Positions 12,586 to 24,543 of a DNA stretch of 64,000 nt are shown in pieces. The notes under the pieces are model-generated. The model was not told the DNA's origin. It made no database searches and worked only from the letters and a program-made list of their open reading frames with translations. A program made the translations under genes and the position numbers. The stretch's first letter is position 1, and each line of letters starts with the position of its first letter. Source of the stretch: Octopus sinensis (taxonomy: Eukaryota); NCBI RefSeq assembly GCF_006345805.1, contig NC_043017.1:15562001-15626000 (forward strand), given 5' to 3'.

Positions 12586-12965
12586 CTAATCGGCTTCCGT
12601 GCCAGTGGCACTTAAAGGGCACCACACGAGTGTGATCGTTACCAGCATCGCACTTGTGCCCATGCTAGTAGGGTGCCAAGAGCACCATCCGAGCATGATC
12701 GTTGCCAGAGCAGCGAACTGGTTTCCGTGCCAGTGACATGTAAAAAGGCACCATGGAGGCCTGCCTGGCCCCCATGCCGGTGGCACGTAAAAAGCGCCCA
12801 CTACACACTCGGAGTGGTTGGCGTTAGGAAGGGCATCCAGCTGTAGAAACTCTGCCAAATCAAGATTGGAGCCTGGTGCAGCCATCTGGTTTGCCAGCCC
12901 TCAGTCAAAATCGTCCAACCCATGCTAGCATGGAAAGCGGACGTTAAACGATGATGATGATGATA
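12586..12965. mobile_element. Interspersed repeat with internal ~55-60 bp subrepeats and a (gat)n end (family D; related copies at 1860-2090, 7866-8040 inverted, 10830-11025, 11380-11565, 15900-16090, 63660-64000)
   Basis: Shared core ggttggcgttaggaagggcatccagctgtagaaac...aacccatgctagcatggaaa...gatgatgat. Confidence 0.7.
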
Positions 12966-12983
12966 CTGTGTATATATATATAT

Positions 12984-13017
<34 letters not shown>

Positions 13018-13500
13018 GGTTTAAACTGATAAAAAAAAACAAGACAGGTGAGGGAACACAAAACGGTGTATTAGTTTAATGGTGAGGAAAAATGGAAGTC
13101 TTTGGCAGTTTGAGACTATGCTCATCTCCAGAAAGGAATGAGGAGAGGGAAGAGATGGAGAGAGGGAGAAAAGGGGAGAGAAAAGAAATGTGCCTAAATT
13201 AATGGCTGTGTGTATCTATCTATCTATCTATATATATATATATATATACACACACATATATATACATGTACATTCACATAAACTTCCAATATATATATTT
13301 ATATTTACTAATGTGTGTATATACAGACATACACATTCACACACATATATTATAAACAGATGCAAATATAATGTAGATACAAACAAATATACACAGAGTT
13401 CCCTCAATTAGTATACACACACACAAATAGACAAAGCAAATGATGAAGAAAGACAAAGAGAGAGAGAGAGAGAGGAATGGAAGAAAGCAAGTGAACATAC

Positions 13501-13623
13501 CTTGCCATCAATGGAATCTAAGGCTTGACAATACGTGACTGCAGGTAGTTTTTTAAATGTGACACCATTTACCTTACAACAACAAAGAGGAATAACAACT
13601 TGTGGCGTTGTCACTGAATGGCC
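13501..13623 (-). CDS. EHMT1: EHMT exon, start of Cys-rich region (GHSVTTPQVVIPLCCCKVNGVTFKKLPAVTYCQALDSIDGK)
   Basis: tttcag acceptor and gtatgt donor; phase 0 to 0. Matches GLP 'PLCSCRM...CMATESVD'. Confidence 0.92.
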
Positions 13624-13922
13624 CTGAAATTACAACACAAAAATAACAGTGAAAACCATTGTATAACTGGTACTTGTATATAATATATATTTCTATCTCT
13701 CCTCTTCATTACAGAGGTGTGTGTGTGTTCATATCTCACCTGTGTATATATAAATCTCTTGTATATATCTCATTGGAATATGTGTGTGTATATATATGTT
13801 TCTCCTGTAGTGTATGTATGTGTAACTGTTAACCTGTGCATGTTTGTGTGTTTTGCTTTAATATGTATGAGTCACCCCAGGCGATGTATGGAGGTATATG
13901 CATGCGTGTGTGCATGTATATG

Positions 13923-13960
<38 letters not shown>

Positions 13961-14827
13961 CGTATGTGAGTGTGTGTATATCTTACCTTGGTATGTATGA
14001 GTCTGCCCCGGGTGATGTGTGTATGTGTCTTCCCGCCTCTGTAAGGATGTGTCCAGTGTGGTGTGTGCTGGAAGTAGAAGAGTTATGTCCCTTACATCAT
14101 GGTTACCACAACATCTGTCAGTTTTTCTTGCAACATGAAATTTTTATGTCTTTTGGTTGGTTCCTACCCTACATTAACAATGGCACCAAACAGCCACCAA
14201 CTAAGACTATTCTATGCAAAATTAAGAGTAGCTACATGTCGAAAACAAAACAAAATAAACACTATTGCATATACTTAGTAGATTACAGTGTAAACAGCCA
14301 CAAAACTGAATTACTGCTGTCTTAAGAGAGCCTCAGCCATAGACTGCTGAAAAAATGCCAGAGAAGTGGATGAGTAGCAGAGGACAAACGTTTTCTGTTG
14401 CTAATTGCGAATTTACCGAACTTGCCAGCCGTTTGCAACATCAGTGATTTGTTAAAATCACTATTTTTCTAGATCAGTAGAAGTGAAAAGTGTTTGATAG
14501 TGAGTGCTTGCTACTGATGATATTCAAAGAAGCAGAAATCTGGATCTAGCAATTCCACTGCTGCTGCTCAATATTTTACGTCTATATGAGAAGTTTTTCT
14601 CAAGACAAATATCTCAGTTTTGTGGCTTTCAATAGTATATCCATGTTAAGTAGGATCTTACAAAACGCTTTTCAGGACTCATACTGCTCCCACTGTTAAT
14701 AATTAATATGCCGAGGACTTTTCCTGTTGTTTCTAATTTAAATAAATATACACATACACATACAATATATGAACATATATGTATATTAATGTATGTGTGT
14801 GTGTGTGTATTAATGTATATGTGTGTG

Positions 14828-14879
<52 letters not shown>

Positions 14880-16629
14880 TAATGCATATGTGTGTTTACA
14901 TAATCATACTTCAATAGCATTCATTTGCAGACATCCACGAAAACATGTCCAACCATGAGGAAATATGACCACCTTGGTTGGAAAGAGGAGGGTTGGTGAC
15001 AGGAAGGGCATCTGGCTACAGAAAATCTGCCTCAATAAACTTTGCTAGGAACATAGAAGTATGGGAAACTGGATACTGAGACATTAATGATGATGATGTA
15101 ACCATAGCAATGGTAAATATTCTAATTGAAACACAAACCAAAACATTAAAACTAGACTAAAATCCATGTTTCTGAATGTCATAAATATACCTATTATCCC
15201 TTATTGAATACAACGTAGAAACCCCATAAATGCCATACAGCTACAATTTATAATGACCCCTATTACATCTAGGGGCTAAATAGCATAAGAAATTGTTTTC
15301 TAAAATGTTTGAGGTGAGAATTTAATATGGCATAATGATTTTTGTGTGTTTTTGGTTTTGATTTCATCAAAAGACATTAACTTTTGACTGAGAATTGCAC
15401 TCACAGATTGTATGTGAATGAAAGGAAGAAGGATAGAAGCACCATTGACCATTTCCAAGAATTAAACTATGAGTTGTGTTAGCCCTCAGTTTGGGTGGTG
15501 ATGGGCATGGATAGATGGTCATCTTAGAAAGCAGCAGATATAGGACATCTTCTACCCAATTTCACTGACAAGACGTTGGTCAATCAGGGTCCAGAGAAGA
15601 AGATTTTTAGCCAATATACCAACTGACAGTGGAATCAATCATGTTAACCACACAGCTATGTCTACAGAAAACTAGAAATGTATAAAAGAACTTGAGATTT
15701 CAGTGGAATAAACCAAACCTCCATTCCCGAAATGATGAAAAGCTAACCTCAACTGAACTGGGAATTGAACTCAAAGGTGGCTATTGAAACCTCATTTCCA
15801 TTAGAGTTAATGCAGTCTACAACAACTGACAACGTCCACAAAGCATGCTTTGAATGCTGAGCAATGTGCCTTGCTTGAGAAGACCAGCCAAGTGAAATCA
15901 TAGTCATGGCCGATGCCAGAGTTGCCTAAAAAGTACCCAACACACTCTGTAAAAGTGGTTGGCATTAGGAAGGGCATCCAGCCATAGAAACCCTGCCAAA
16001 TCAGACTGAAACTTAGTGCAGCTCCCCAGCTTACCAGTTTTCAGTCAAACTGTCCAACCCATGCCAGAATGGATATTCAATGATGACGAATTGCCATTGT
16101 AAACAACAATGTTGATATCACATGTATGGTTGTGTGATTAACAGCAATCACTCTGCAACCAAGTGGCTTTAGGTTCAATCCCACCAAAGTGTGGCAAACT
16201 GAACGAGGGTGTAGGACTATAACTCTGAGCTGATCAAAGCCAACTTGGTGAGATTTGGTTGGCAGCAGCAGCAGCTCTGTATGAAAGCTACACTGAAGGA
16301 AGTGTTGCTGGTTGTGTTGATGGGGGACAGAATTAACTCACCACCTGATCCTTAGGGGTAGGGTCCATATTTGTTGCAAACTGAAGGGTTCAGTGCTTGG
16401 GGTGAAGACAACCTCCACCCTTCCACCGACCAGTCAGACAGGGGCAGGGATCTGAAAACGACCCAGACTACTTGCCCTTCTTCTCTTCTCTAACAAAACA
16501 ATTAAAAATCAATATCTGACAAATACTAAAAGTTGTCAAAGCTGAGATGGATGACAAGAGACTATGATGACCTAAAGAGAGATGAATTTGCACACTACAG
16601 ATAAGATGGTGAAGACTGTCATAGTCAAA

Positions 16630-17335
16630 CAGAGTACACCCAAATACTGAGAACTGAACAGAGTACCCTAATACTAAGAAGTGAACAGGGTACCCTAATA
16701 TTGAGAACTGAATAGGGTACCCTAATACTAAGAAGTGAACAGGGTACCCTAATACAGAGAACTGAATAGGGTACCCTAATACTAAGAAGTGAACAGGGTA
16801 CCCTAATATTGAGAACTGAATAGGGTACCCTAATACTAAGAAGTGAACAGGGTACCCTAATACAGAGAACTGAATAGGGTACCTTAATACTAAGAAGTGA
16901 ACAGGGTACCCTAATACTGAGAACTGAACAGGGTACCCTAATACTGAGAACTGAACAGGGTACCCTAATACTGAGAACTGAGCAGGGTACTCGAATACTA
17001 AGAAGTGAACAGGGTACCCTAATACTGAGAACTGAGCAGGGTACCCTAATACTAAGAAGTGAATAGGGTGCCCTAATACTGAGAACTGAACAGGGTACCC
17101 GAATACTGAGAACTGAACAGGGTACCCGAATACTGAGAACTGAACAGGGTACTCGAATACTGAGAACTGAACAGGGTACCCGAATACTAAGAAGTGAACA
17201 GGGTACCCCAATACTGAGAACTGAACAGGGTACCCTAATACTGAGAACTGAACAGGGTACCCTAATACTAAGAACTGAACAGGGTACCTTATACTGAGAA
17301 CTGAACAAGGTACTCAAATGCCAAGAAGTGAACTG
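16630..17335. repeat. 27-bp minisatellite, about 25 units (gagaactgaacagggtaccctaatact)
   Basis: Directly visible tandem array with A (gagaactgaa) and B (aagaagtgaa) variants. Most units contain the palindrome agggtaccct. Confidence 0.95.
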
Positions 17336-17499
17336 AAAAGAGAATATAAAGTGAAGTGACTTGCTGAGAAACAATGAAAGAGCATTCAACAGATTTGAAC
17401 TCCCGACTTGATGGTGAGCAGTTGATACTCTGTGCCGCCGCAGCCGCGTCTGACAGTCAAATAAATATAAAGAGGGAGATATAAACCAGCTTTACTTAC

Positions 17500-17874
17500 C
17501 CTATTTCCTTTGGCAGGCACCACTTCATTCAACACTAAATGGTTGTTTTCAAGTGTTTTTGGTGGGGTAGGAGGTAGTGCTACAGTGTTGGGACCCAGCA
17601 GTGACCTCAGGCCAGGGGATGTCAACGATGTCGAAGGGGTGGAATAAATGGGAGCAGCAGCAACCATTTGGCCGAGGATCGATACTTTCGCTCCCTCGCT
17701 GGTCATAACCACATTAATGGGTGTTGTGGGAGGGTTGGGCAGTGTGCGGTAACTGGAAGTACTTGTGATGGAGGAGGTGGTGTTGGTGGTCGTCGTGATT
17801 GTCGTCGTTGTGGACGTCGTTAAGGGGCTTGAAGGTGGCGCTGCGGCTGTTGTTGTTGTTATTGCTGCTGGCTT
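17500..17874 (-). CDS. EHMT1: EHMT Thr/Pro/Ser-rich exon (KPAAITTTT...NEVVPAKGNR)
   Basis: ttgtag acceptor and gtaagt donor; 375 nt, phase 0 to 0; open frame; CpG-retaining like other exons. Confidence 0.82.
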
Positions 17875-18506
17875 CTACAAGAGAAACACAGTGTAGAAAA
17901 AAAAAATAATGTTGAAGTTGTCAACTTGAGTGATTGATGTTGTTTAGCTGCAGGTCAGCACTGATCCAGCAGAACTGTGATCAAAAACATCCTAGCCATG
18001 ACCATCCCTACTTTACCATTTTTTGCCTTCTTTTATCTAAGATGGTTAGTCCCCATTACTTTGAAAGGGGCATAAGGTAGTTTTCCAAGTCCCTCAGGTG
18101 GATAGATATGCCTCCCTGGATGGGATGCCAGTCCATCACAGGGTCACTCACTTTCACCAGCTCAGTGAACTGGAGCAACGTGAAATAGAGTTTTGCTCAA
18201 GAACACAACACACCACCCAATCCAGGAACTGAAACCATAATCTTGCATCCTAACCACTAAGTCATGCACCTTCACTTTGACCAAAGATACTAGGAATTTA
18301 AGAGAGATTAGGCAGCTATTTCTAGCAGATCGAGAAACACCATAGAAACTGCTTCATTTGGAGCTCAACGGCTAATTACCCCTAAGGATATAAATACAGA
18401 AGAGAAATTAGAGAAGTGAACAGTAAGGCCAAACTCTATTGAAGATCAATCTTCCAAATAAACAGAAATATTCTATAAACGAACAATTGTGTTCATTAAT
18501 GAGTTC

Positions 18507-18975
18507 ATTAACCGTTTTGTTTATGAAACTATGTTGAAACACACTGCCACTGTTTCAATTAATTTTGAAAATAATGAAGAATTTGGTAAAATAATTTTGT
18601 CATTAATTAGTTGGTGTTTGGAACATAATCAACATGAAGGTTTGATGGAAGGTTTTAATTAAGATCATTTCAAAACAGGCAGTTTATAATATAGAAGCAG
18701 GGAAACAGCTCGAGATGGAAACTGTGCTGAAATAAGTATCAGCAGTGTTTGTTGCTGTTTATCAACCATTTTCTTACCATATTTCTGCTGAAATAATCTG
18801 CCTTTGTTTCAGTTTAATTTTGAAAATAAGGAATCTAATACAATAACTTTATCATAATTAATCTGGTGTTTGGAACCCTTTTTATGCAAGGGTTTCGTTT
18901 AGATCATCTTATAACATGATGTTTGTATTCTAGGATTAGGAACAGTCTTAATAAAGTTGATATCAAAAGGGTTGA
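18507..18975 (+). mobile_element. Two tandem degenerate piggyBac-type MITEs
   Basis: Starts ttaaccg/tcaaccatttt...tgtttcaattaattttgaaaataa and ends gatatcaaaagggtt. The left ends resemble the left end of the piggyBac at 60615. Confidence 0.55.
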
Positions 18976-20699
18976 AATGTTTTATATATAAAATAGGAAA
19001 TGATGACAAGATGACACAACAACAAAAACAGCAACAACAGATATCGTAAGGTTAACGAGTGTTACAATGTGGCATGTGTTTGGTGTTCAACCTCAAAAAA
19101 AGTCTTAGAATGGGACAAAATCCATGTAGGATAATAAATGAGCCAAAACAACAAGAGAAACCTGAAGATATCTATTCTCTGAGATCCAAAGAAGATCTGC
19201 CAGTTTGACTAACATTCAGTATGACACACACACACACAGAGTGGTAGAGGCCGTTACATCTGAATTACATCCCCATTAATATAAACAACAACAACAACTG
19301 CAGACTACTGGAACTAAGGGAAGCTGGAGAAGGGAGGCAAGTAGTAACAAGAAAAAGAAAAAACGAAACTGTCAGAGAATCACAACCGAGCTCAGCGTCA
19401 CCGCACAGCAGCTGGCTTGGGCCAATGTGTTGCTCCACAGCCTCAGGTTGACCAACGTGCGCCGTTCGCTTTGCTGTCACAAATACACTGCGAAAGAAAC
19501 GTGACAAGGGGAGCTAACTCCTTCGACAGACCGGAATCTGAACCAAGTCATTCACCAAATTAACAAGACTAAATCCTGAGGTTAAAACCTTTCAAAGTGG
19601 TGCCCCAGGGTGGTACCAGTTCAATTAACGGAGACCATTAAAAAAAAAAAAAAATTAAAAATATGAATCCTTCTTTCACTGAGAAATCCAATTGTCTGTA
19701 GGGGACGGAAATACTGTCTGTTTGTCTGGGTGATGGGTGGGTGGGTGGTTGACCATTGTTTTTCTTCCAAATAATCAAAGGGTTGAAAAGGGGACATATT
19801 TGAGGCAGAGAATTTCCCCGTCACCAACACTTACCTGTTTTTCAAGTGAGGAATATTATTTATTCCTGAGGTCTTCGAAAGTTATAATGTTGACAACGTA
19901 AGTAAACACTGTTAACCATTTTGTTTGAATGGTACCATGCAATGCCAAGTCATGCACAGGTCACTTCTAAGACACACAGATACACACATACATCCTTATC
20001 ATCATTTAACGTCCCTTTTATCATGCTGGCATGGGTCAGACGATTTGACAAGACCAGAGGAGCCAGAATGATGCACCAGGTACTAAGTCTCCTTTGGCAC
20101 GGTTTTTACAGCTGGATGCCCTTCCTAACACCAAACACTTCACACACACACACATCTGAGACAAGCTTCTAAAATTTATATCTGTGAAATTCCCTTATAT
20201 GGCATTGCTTGGCCCAGGACTAAAGTAGCACGTTAGCAGATACTTGTGCAATTTGTCATGCAGTGGGACTGAACCTGAAACCATGTGGTCGGGGAGCAAA
20301 CTTCATAAGCACACAGCCATGCCTGAACTAGTGCAGGTGTGCATGCATGTGTGTGCATGTGTAAATACCACACAGAGAAAGCACTGCTGTTAGGGACGTC
20401 TATGTTCTGCCATGCTCACAGATGTTGGATGGGTTTCACAGCATTTCTGTCAAGGTTCCGTATCAAGTTGCCCTTCCTATCACCACCTTGTTTACTTCAT
20501 AAGCTAGGTATATCTTATCATGTCTTATCATATCACAGAGAAGTTGTCTGTGAGAAGAGTACAGAGTCCACTATTTCTCGTGTATCAGTCAATTTCTCAA
20601 TTGCAAATATAAGCAACCTTAATGGGTTTCCTCCGCAGGATCTCTGTAGCGAAGTTACTCAACAAGGTGCATTGACCAGAGAGGAAGGCGTCTTCCCAG

Positions 20700-20960
20700 G
20701 TGGTGTCTCTACTTCTCTGTATTGAGAGGTCACAGCTTCAGTACAACAACATGTGATTAGAAAGTCAGAGAAAAGAACTGCAAGACAGATTCTTCAAGCT
20801 GAGCCAACCAATATGAGGCCTAAGAGTAAGCCAAGAATGAGATGGCTGGATAATATTCACAGCCTCAGTTGGTCAAGCCTGGGAATCCAGCTGGAAAATG
20901 TAAATGACATTTGCTTCTGATAGGACCGAATGGAGGAAGGAGGTGAGGACTCTCCAAAGG
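20700..20960 (+). mobile_element. RTE-clade LINE 3' fragment (degenerate)
   Basis: Translates to ...IERSQLQY..HVIRKSEKRTARQILQAEPTNMRPKSKPRMRWLDNI...DRTEWR. This is the typical RTE C-terminal GHV.R / RP.G.P..RW.D / DR..WR pattern. Confidence 0.7.
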
Positions 20961-21794
20961 ACGGTAGGCAGAGAAAATGAATGGACAGAGTTGCTGCTCA
21001 TTTAAACCCCATTTCCTTCAGGCAACTTACAAAGTGCACCTACCTTCGGTTTCTTCATTTTTTGCCCCCATCTGGCATTTACATGCCTTTCCTATCACCA
21101 ACCTCTAACATATCCCCAGGCATTAATACAGTTCGGATCAGTAGAGGAAAAAGACATTGTAAAAACAAAATGAGGTTTTGTTCATGGAGACCAAAAACCT
21201 GTGAGTGGGTTTCAGAGATGGAAACTGTAAGAAGCTCCCCACGTTTGTGTGTATGCATGTGCAGATATATGTTTGTATCTTCCTGTCTGTACTATGCATG
21301 ACAGATGTCAACAGAAGCTACCTGTCATACACAAACAGTGTCTTTCGTTCCCGATTTTCCACGAGAAATACTTCTGGCCACAGGGAAATATTAGTGTGTT
21401 TAGAAACAGGGTTAGCAAGAGGAAGGGCCTCAGGCCATACAAAATCTGTCCCAACATCTTCCATCCAACTTGTGTAAGCATGGAAAGGAAGATGTTAAAA
21501 CAATGATGATGATGAACTGCAGCAGAGAAGTGCACTTCACAGGATCCACAATGCACCAGAATGTTTTTCATGTGCAGCTGCACCAGTACATGTGCAACTC
21601 CTTCGCAGCAAAGCATTTCTCTGTTTCAAAACGATTTTCATGTTACATTTGTTTGTTTTTGCTTTTTTGGTTTTTTTTTCATATATTCTAACTGATGTTT
21701 TAAAATCTAATGATGAGTCAGAACACATTTAGGGGCTTCAGTGAGTGTGACATGGATTGAGAAAAGTTGAGAGAGAGAGAGATGGACAGAGGAG

Positions 21795-21848
<54 letters not shown>

Positions 21849-21888
21849 GAGAGAGAGATGTCTTAAGGGCAACAACAAGGATACTAAC

Positions 21889-21959
21889 CTTTGTTGAATT
21901 TTTAACAGTGTTTGATTTTGATCCCAAAACGACAGTTTTTGGTGAAATATTTTGTAAAC
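21889..21959 (-). CDS. EHMT1: EHMT exon (GLQNISPKTVVLGSKSNTVKNSTK)
   Basis: ttccag acceptor and gttagt donor; phase 1 to 0, fitting the exon chain. Confidence 0.75.
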
Positions 21960-22410
21960 CTGGAAACAAAAGAATGGAAACCATTTTTAAAAAACAAAAA
22001 AAAAGCAACAACTTGAATAGAAGGATCTTTAGAAGAATTTAAAACGGAAAACCACAAGTCTAGGAACTGGAGACATCTGGCTGATGGAACAGCCAGGTCT
22101 GCATGTGATGGAATGGAGAATAATCATATCATAGCAAATACATTTGTGAAGCAGTGCTTGTAAACCAAACAGGAGTCTAAGAACTGAAGCCATTCTCTAG
22201 ATAGTTGATGGAATGGCTGCTGGTGGAGCATGATTTGGAAAGAACATGGTCAGACCATCACAGCAAATATGTCTCTGAACCTCTCCTGGGATTTGACCTT
22301 GACCATTAATTCTGACCTATCTCTAAAAGCGAAGTTTTATGGCTTAGTGGCTAGGGTGCTGCACACACGGTCACAACATTAAGGGACCAGGAGATGCGTT
22401 GTGTTTTGAA

Positions 22411-22629
22411 CCCTTCAGCATTCAGATTACTCATGTCAAAGGCGATACTTATTTATTCACATTGTTTTGAATTTATCATACATTATCTTGTAGCCTTAAT
22501 ATTTCACTGATGTGATTGTTAGTTTCTAGTGACATTGTGGGGCAGGTGTGAGAGACTGGATCTGGTTGATTTGAACATAAAACAGGTAGAACAATTGGGC
22601 TGGATGTGGCCAGTTTAAATGCTAAAGGG
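22411..22629. mobile_element. piggyBac-type MITE (~220 bp)
   Basis: Terminal inverted repeats cccttcagcatt / aatgctaaaggg, followed by TTAA on the right. The left flank reads tgaa. Confidence 0.65.
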
Positions 22630-22855
22630 TTAAGCAAAACCCTTTATTTCCACATTGCTCTGTGATCCCTTTGACATGATGTGTGGCACACCGGGCACCC
22701 GTACAGGTCATGTCAGCTTCGGGCAGGAAGTAAGTCAATGCAGAGCACAACCATTTGATCCCTATAAACAAATCATTTGGACAAGTTGTTCAGCAAGAAG
22801 TTGCAGACCCCTCATCAGCCATTTAAGACAGGAGACTCCGTCATGAGTGAGAGAG

Positions 22856-22894
<39 letters not shown>

Positions 22895-23016
22895 CGATGA
22901 TGATGATGTGTGCACGCACACACACAACTTAGTTGAAGTTTCCTTAGTCAAGACAGTTAACTCTACCTCTCCACAACCAATCCAACTCTAATAAAGGACC
23001 AAAGACAGTAACTTAC

Positions 23017-23052
23017 CTTTTTTTAACTCAGGTAATTTGCTGCCACTGTTCT
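23017..23052 (-). CDS. EHMT1: EHMT 36-nt microexon (ENSGSKLPELKK)
   Basis: ttccacag acceptor and AG|gtaagt donor; symmetric phase 1 to 1. Confidence 0.65.
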
Positions 23053-24166
23053 CTGTGGAATAAAGAATTGCAGAGGTGAGGTGCAGTGTCAATTGAGAAC
23101 ATTCTATGGGAAGGCAGGTTGTGAAGAAACATGGCTAAGATACAGCGGAGAACAAGAACAGAGAAACACATACACATCACATAAAACATGTCACTAAACT
23201 CTAGCAGTAATACACATATGTAAACAATTACATAAGCAATTGTACACACAAATACACACGTCACTAAAACAAGAGATGCTTCCATATACATATGATCCAG
23301 TTAGAATTTTCTTCAGGTTGAGTAACCCATCCCACTCAAAAGGTCCCTGAATAAGGTTTGTTTAATGATGTTGAACGAAACACCCATGTTTCCAAAGGTG
23401 AATTATCCAAACCCCAAAGAATTCCCCTCAACACATGGCTATGATGCCCCTCCACTACTTCTGCTCATGATCAGAGATGCACATGTCACCAGCCACCAAG
23501 GCATATATGCTCAATTGTTCTTTTTGTATTTTTCATCAACCAACTTCCATTTTCCTCTTCCAATTCATTGAGGTAAGAATTTCTAGAGCCTGACGCCTTT
23601 CCAGTTGCCAATCATGCCCCATTGCCAAGTAAGGTTATATTTCTCTATGGCAACACATTGGCCCATGGCTAAGTGGTTGAGAAATATGCTTCCCAACCAC
23701 ATCATTTCAGGTTCAATCTTGCTGCATGATACCTTGGGCAAATGTCCTCTACAATGCACCAGGTTGAATACTGCTCAGCGAATGGAATTGGTAAACAGAA
23801 GCTCTTTGGAAGCATACACTGTGTGTGTGTGTGTTAATGTTGATATTTCATGGTTTCCCATGGTTTCTCGGAGCAAAATAATGGTAATGTTAATAACCAG
23901 TCAGTCTGGGTTTTTGAAAGCCCATGGAATTTTTTTATAAATGTCTTTCTTGAAAAACAAGGATTGGCAACAAGAAGGGGATCAAATTAAGTTCCCCTTC
24001 TAACTTATATAAGCACACAAAAATTAATATCAAGCAAAGAAATGTACAACGATAAAAATATATAGACATCTTGTTATACTATGTAAATGTGAGTGAGGGT
24101 GTATAAAGAGGTAAAACAGTGTATATAACAGATGTGTGTGTGTGTGAGTGTATAAACTAAACTTAC

Positions 24167-24191
24167 CTTTCCCACAGTCATCCATTTTATG
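24167..24191 (-). CDS. EHMT1: EHMT 25-nt microexon (HKMDDCGK)
   Basis: Strong tttctttttcttttcag acceptor and AAG|gtaagt donor. Supplies the phase 0 to 1 change needed to link the giant exon to downstream exons. Confidence 0.72.
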
Positions 24192-24500
24192 CTGAAAAGA
24201 AAAAGAAATCATGTAGATTAAACCTTATATTATTACAACATTCCATTTGTATATACAGAAATCCCTCGACTCCAACCCCCCCCAGGTGAAAATCCACAAA
24301 GTAGAAACAATATTGTACTGTATATTTTTTTTTATTATTTTCATAATTTGTGTATATATATATATATTATTATAAAGGCAAAACACCCCCACAGAGGAAT
24401 CAATGTAAGCTTAAATAAGGAAAGGTGACAGGCGAACCGCGATATGGTGAGGGATTACTGTATATACACACACGCATTAATATGAACATACATGTATGTA

Positions 24501-24543
<43 letters not shown>

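Noticed and set aside
16630-17335. CRISPR-like array
   Set aside because: Units are contiguous with no unique spacers, the context is eukaryotic, and there are no cas genes.
16468-17389. 247-aa and 254-aa ORFs with 9-aa repeats
   Set aside because: By-product of a stop-free 27-bp minisatellite; no convincing splice or start context and no known domain.
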